This document shows, one piece after another, positions 54,752-58,715 of a stretch of 58,715 nucleotides of DNA (positions are counted from its first letter, which is position 1; every line of letters starts with the position of its first letter). The DNA comes from a virus. Taxonomy: Duplodnaviria > Caudoviricetes. The translations under genes and the position numbers were made by a program. The stretch spans positions 1 to 58,715 of IMG/VR virus record IMGVR_UViG_3300032561_000025; one strand, given 5' to 3'. The notes beneath the pieces are model-generated. The model was not told the origin of the DNA and did no database searches. It saw nothing but the letters and a program-made list of their open reading frames with translations.

Positions 54752-55390
54752 TTATTCCTTGTCGGGCCGGGGCGCGGCGTTCGCCGCTCCAACATCGACC
54801 CCGGTTATCCGCTGCATCTCAGTCTGCCACGCCTGCTCATGCTCCTGCCACACCGGATCGCTGATTGACTGGAAAATCAGGGAAAGCGTCTTCGACAGGA
54901 TTGCGTTCGGGTAAAACGTCAGCAATGGCGTACCCTTTGTCAGGTCGGTCACCACATCCGGGTAGGCGTAGTAATAGACGAGGATCGCCCATGCCGCCGA
55001 TGCCACCGCAGGAGGCAGCAAACCTAGCTGGAAGGCCGAGTTGTCCTGCGTGAATACCAAGTATGGGCTTGGAAGGAACGAAGCCGCCAGACGCTCTATT
55101 TCGCTCCTGCTGTAGACCGGGCAGGGTGCCTGCGTCCCGCTTCCGATCTTTGCAAACGACCAGAACCTCCCGTTCTGCGGCTCCTTCCAGTTCAGCGGAA
55201 GGGCAATCGTTCCCGCACCGGCTGGCAACGTCACCGTCGCCGTCGCCTTCATCTGCTCAAATGAATGCGCCGCCGCCGTGTCACGAACCGCCCGATTGAT
55301 GAAATCCGCGTAGCTCGGCGCAATATCCGGCCTGTTTACACTCGTATTCAGGATGGCGATTACGTCGTTGAAACTTTGGGGAATTGCCAT
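54752..55390 (-). CDS. Head-tail adaptor / tail tubular protein A-like (paralog 1)
   Basis: NRPD.....DFIN.A, LP..WKEPQ.G and LLT.YP..IL. Confidence 0.65.
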   Translation of the reverse strand: MAIPQSFNDVIAILNTSVNRPDIAPSYADFINRAVRDTAAAHSFEQMKATATVTLPAGAGTIALPLNWKEPQNGRFWSFAKIGSGTQAPCPVYSRSEIERLAASFLPSPYLVFTQDNSAFQLGLLPPAVASAAWAILVYYYAYPDVVTDLTKGTPLLTFYPNAILSKTLSLIFQSISDPVWQEHEQAWQTEMQRITGVDVGAANAAPRPDKE

Positions 55391-55408
55391 GTTAGTTTAA
55401 ACGAAACG

Positions 55409-55443
55409 AAAAAGGCGGCGGTCCCGCACCGGGAGCCGCCGCC
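55409..55443 (-). terminator. Intrinsic terminator after the capsid operon
   Basis: Minus strand GGCGGCGGCTCCCGGTGCGGGACCGCCGCC followed by TTTTT. Confidence 0.8.
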
Positions 55444-55488
55444 CAAGGACCGCGCACACCAACCTGACCGCGACGTAGAACCTGCGCG

Positions 55489-55683
55489 TCAGATGCCGTG
55501 GACGGCTCCCGGCGCGGACTTGGGGGTGTTTTCCTTGTCGATCTGGTCGATCTTCTTCGTGGGAGGCATCCCGCCGATGGTGGCGATCTGCTCCTCCGGG
55601 GTGTTGCTGGGCGAATGAACCTTGCCGCCGCTCGGACCCTTGGTGCTGCCGGGCTTGGAGGCTTCGGAATAGGACTTCTTCAT
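55489..55683 (-). CDS. Small basic protein
   Basis: 64-aa ORF at the end of the capsid operon, with high-expression codon usage. Confidence 0.55.
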   Translation of the reverse strand: MKKSYSEASKPGSTKGPSGGKVHSPSNTPEEQIATIGGMPPTKKIDQIDKENTPKSAPGAVHGI

Positions 55684-55696
55684 GGTGGTGTGGACG

Positions 55697-56032
55697 TTAT
55701 TGGATGACGATGCTGTAGCGGTCTGCTACTTTCAGAATCTGGGTTGCGATCTCAAAATCTTGGCACAGGTAGCTTTGGCCGGGAAAGACGAACTTCGTGC
55801 CGTCTTCGAAGGTTATTCGCTCCCTTGGGTTGGTGTTCTTGACGAATCGGATGGCCTTGAAGGTTTCCCTGTCGATCTTGACCGTCGCGGATAGCGGACG
55901 CTCGATGATCGGCTCGGGTTCCACAGGTGTCTTTTTCGTCCCCTCCTTTGTGCCCGCGACACCAGTTGGCGTGTCGCGGGGTGTGTTCAAGATTTCTTCA
56001 GGGCTTCGTACTTGGCGTGACGTTTCGATCAT
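55697..56032 (-). CDS. Hypothetical protein downstream of the major capsid gene
   Basis: 111-aa ORF in the operon. Confidence 0.55.
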   Translation of the reverse strand: MIETSRQVRSPEEILNTPRDTPTGVAGTKEGTKKTPVEPEPIIERPLSATVKIDRETFKAIRFVKNTNPRERITFEDGTKFVFPGQSYLCQDFEIATQILKVADRYSIVIQ

Positions 56033-56074
56033 TCCCGAATGCTTCGGCTCTTGATCGTTACGTCAATCCTAAAC

Positions 56075-57295
56075 TCAGCCAGCGATGATCTTCTGGAGGC
56101 TGTTCGCGTACCCGAAGGCTTGCGCGAACTTCAGCTTCAGGCCGTACTTGGCCCGGAACTGCTCCTTGTAGGCGTCCTGTCCGGGAGTCTGGACGTTCGG
56201 CTCCAAGAACAGGGGCTCCATCACCTTCATCACGACGTTCGGCAGATCGACCACGAACATCGAGGACTGGTAGGCGGTGGACTCCTGTAGGAGCGGGTGG
56301 AACGTCAGTTCCAGAATCCCGAACGGCGTGACGATGGTCGTGATGTTCATCCCGAACACCGTCTCGTTGTTCATGATGCGGAAGCCGCTCGCCGCGCTGT
56401 TCGCGTAGTTGCTGACCGCCGCAAAGGCATTCGGGCCGCAGAAGGCCAGCTTCGACGGGCTTCCGAACACCATGAAAGACTGGAGCCACGCGAGGAACGT
56501 GGACAGCGGGCATCCGGCGGCACCGAGGCCGTTCAGGATGTTGCTGGTGTACCCACCCTTGACGAGGGCATCACGGATGCCGCCCGTCGAGTAGATGTAC
56601 GCGCCGTTCGTCGCGCCGATCAGGCGGTTGCGCCGCCCGAGCAGGAAGCTCTTCTCGATGTCGCCGGAAACCTTTTCCAGCGCGTAGATCCGGCGTTCCC
56701 GCAGCGGACCCGCCATGTCCGTCCTCAGGACCGTCCCCTTGTAGGCGTTGGTCAGGAATACCGAGGCGTTGAACGTCTCGACGTAGTTCACCAACTCGTC
56801 CGGGGTCTCGTAGATCGAGGTCGTGGGGGCCGATCCCTCCTCCGCCGTCACCGCGATCCGCGTCCACAGGTCGCCGATCAGCACCGCTGCCGCCGTCGTT
56901 CCCGCATGGCCGCGCTCCACGCTAACCGCCGAACTCGTCGCGTCGGCGGTCACCCGCACGAACTCTCCCGTCCGCGAGTTCTCCAGCACCGTGTTCAGGG
57001 CCAGTCCCGGCCAAACCGCATTCGCCGGGGTCCCGCCGTCGTTCCACCCAAGGGTGGTCACGCTCGCGTTATACCCCGCGTCGGAGTAATAGTCGTTGCG
57101 AACCGGATTCCGCTCAAACCAGTGGAACTCCGTCGCCTCCGCGTTTTCTTTCCTCAACATCGTCATCAACGCGAAGAGGACGGCACCGCTTCCGATCCCC
57201 TTGGCATGACGGACAGTTACGTGCTGCTGCCACTCGCCAGTGAGATCATCCGGGTCCGCGTTCTGAACGGACAGTAGGCCAGAAATTAAAGACAT
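56075..57295 (-). CDS. Major capsid protein (SU10 / DUF5309-like HK97 fold)
   Basis: EFHWFE, NY.ETF, E...DIE..FL.G, TGGI and TPFG.L...HP motifs; follows the scaffold; strongest codon bias in the window. Confidence 0.85.
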   Translation of the reverse strand: MSLISGLLSVQNADPDDLTGEWQQHVTVRHAKGIGSGAVLFALMTMLRKENAEATEFHWFERNPVRNDYYSDAGYNASVTTLGWNDGGTPANAVWPGLALNTVLENSRTGEFVRVTADATSSAVSVERGHAGTTAAAVLIGDLWTRIAVTAEEGSAPTTSIYETPDELVNYVETFNASVFLTNAYKGTVLRTDMAGPLRERRIYALEKVSGDIEKSFLLGRRNRLIGATNGAYIYSTGGIRDALVKGGYTSNILNGLGAAGCPLSTFLAWLQSFMVFGSPSKLAFCGPNAFAAVSNYANSAASGFRIMNNETVFGMNITTIVTPFGILELTFHPLLQESTAYQSSMFVVDLPNVVMKVMEPLFLEPNVQTPGQDAYKEQFRAKYGLKLKFAQAFGYANSLQKIIAG

Positions 57296-57304
57296 GATTG
57301 GAAC

Positions 57305-57350
57305 TCCTGTTTGGGTTTAAACTGTGCTACGATGCAGGACCCAAACAGGA
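57305..57350 (-). promoter_or_regulatory. 12-bp perfect stem overlapping the capsid SD
   Basis: TCCTGTTTGGGT (57305-57316) is the reverse complement of ACCCAAACAGGA (57339-57350). Confidence 0.6.
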
Positions 57351-57501
57351 ATATAGTCCTTATGTCAACAACTTTCGTCCTTACGGAAAGTTTGGGATGT
57401 AAACTATTGCGGCCTTTTAGCCTACAATAGATCGTACCGACGCTCCGAGATAACGCCTATTTCCGAATGAAACGATTCAGAAAAACGTATCCCTACAATA
57501 A

Positions 57502-58701
57502 CTACATCAGCGATTCGATGGCCGACTTCTGGAATCCGCGATCCTTGCCACCTCCCTGCCCCGTGGGAGCGGGAACATTTCCCGCCGGGGGCTGCGGGGT
57601 GCGCCGTGCAGGCGCGGCAGCGGGTCTGGCAGCGGGTGCTGCTGGCTGTGCCTTTGCGGAAGCTGGCGCGGCGGGAGCGGCCTGACCGAATCCCTTGTCG
57701 TATTTTCGGATGTGGTTCACGGTGAGATCAACGGTCATCTTGTTGAACTCAGCCTGCGACATCTTGGCTACGGCCTCGGGGTTCTGCTTGATGAGAGCGT
57801 TCGCGTATTCTCGGACGAGATCCATGTGGGGCTCGATGTAGGGATATTCCGCAATGAGTTCCCCCTCGATGCGCTGCTCCTCGGCCTGAATGTGGACTGA
57901 GTTTAAACGGTCCACGGCTTCGATCATGGGCTTGAACTGGTTCACGATGTCCTTGCGAACTTCGATCAGTGCGCGGGCCATGTCCTTGCGGCGAACCTCC
58001 TCGAAAGCCTTGATGCCCTCGGGTCCCCCGGTGAGGATCTTGTCCATCGTCTCGTCATCGATGGGCGTGGGCTTGAGTTTCTTTGAGGCATCCTCGATCC
58101 AGTCGGATTCCTTCTTGGCAAGCTCGGAGGCGGCAGCGGCCTGCTGCTCCGGAGTCTTGTCGGAAGGCTTTGCTGCTGCGGCGGCAGCGGCGGCAGCGGC
58201 GGCGGCGGAGTCGATTTCCTCCTTGGTGGTAGCCTTGGCTTCCTTCTCGGTGAGGAGCTTCTGAAGTTCCTCGGCGGTGTACTCCTTGTCGCCAACCTTG
58301 ATCTTGGAGGGGGCTTCCGGCTCCTTCTTGGCGGCGGGCTTCGCGGGCTGCTTGGGAGCCTTGGCGGCGGGCTTTGCGGCGGGAGCCTCGGGCTTTTTGT
58401 CTGCGGGAGCCTTCTTTTCGGGCTCAACCGGGGGCTTTTCGTCGGCGGGGGGAGTGCTTGCCTTGCCCTCGTCGGGAGGCGTTTCCTCCGCGTGCTGCGT
58501 CTCCATCTTGTCCGGATCGGGGGTGCCGGGAGCCTTTTCGGGCTCGGGGGCGATGGACTCCTTGTCACCGGCCACGCCGCGCAGGGATGCGGCTAGGCTC
58601 CAGTCCTTAGGAAGGCCGAAGGCGTCTGAGACGGAGACTCCGGGGAGTCTTCCAGAATCTGCGGGAGGAGTTGCGGCAGCGGATGGCGGCATGGTTGGCA
58701 T
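57502..58701 (-). CDS. Capsid scaffolding protein
   Basis: Pro/Ala/Glu/Lys-rich N-terminus, KIKVGDKEYT.EEL motif and coiled coil; directly upstream of the major capsid gene. Confidence 0.75.
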   Translation of the reverse strand: MPTMPPSAAATPPADSGRLPGVSVSDAFGLPKDWSLAASLRGVAGDKESIAPEPEKAPGTPDPDKMETQHAEETPPDEGKASTPPADEKPPVEPEKKAPADKKPEAPAAKPAAKAPKQPAKPAAKKEPEAPSKIKVGDKEYTAEELQKLLTEKEAKATTKEEIDSAAAAAAAAAAAAKPSDKTPEQQAAAASELAKKESDWIEDASKKLKPTPIDDETMDKILTGGPEGIKAFEEVRRKDMARALIEVRKDIVNQFKPMIEAVDRLNSVHIQAEEQRIEGELIAEYPYIEPHMDLVREYANALIKQNPEAVAKMSQAEFNKMTVDLTVNHIRKYDKGFGQAAPAAPASAKAQPAAPAARPAAAPARRTPQPPAGNVPAPTGQGGGKDRGFQKSAIESLM

Positions 58702-58715
58702 GAGTTAAGGTTTCC
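58544..58715. repeat. Terminal direct repeat / circular overlap, copy 2
   Basis: Matches 1-172 with one mismatch. Confidence 0.95.

Overview
The window looks like one complete, circularly assembled tailed dsDNA phage genome of about 58.5 kb; bases 1-172 recur at 58544-58715. It has a podovirus-type layout (P22/T7/SU10-like): TerS/TerL, portal, scaffold, SU10-type major capsid, two adaptor paralogs, a nozzle, a collar protein, a beta-helix tailspike and three ejection proteins. It also carries a DUF1376-type initiator with DnaB, a MoxR/CobS AAA-vWA pair, an annealase-like protein with a Cas4-like nuclease, an MT-A70 methyltransferase and a glycosylation cluster. I found no integrase, DNA polymerase, RNA polymerase, tRNA or CRISPR array. 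Six things stand out: (1) the AT-rich palindrome GTTTAAAC occurs 36 times exactly, plus about 19 one-base flank variants, in a genome I estimate by eye at about 60% GC; (2) four consecutive fibre-like genes each encode a Sec-type signal peptide; (3) a 28-bp XerC/D dif-like site sits in the control region; (4) a beta-sliding-clamp-like domain is embedded in the 2179-aa ejection protein; (5) the nozzle gene appears split into two pieces about 15 kb apart; (6) the lysis cassette is built on a papain-like peptidase and a class-3 lipase. Family assignments come from manual motif recognition, not database searches, and counts were made by hand.
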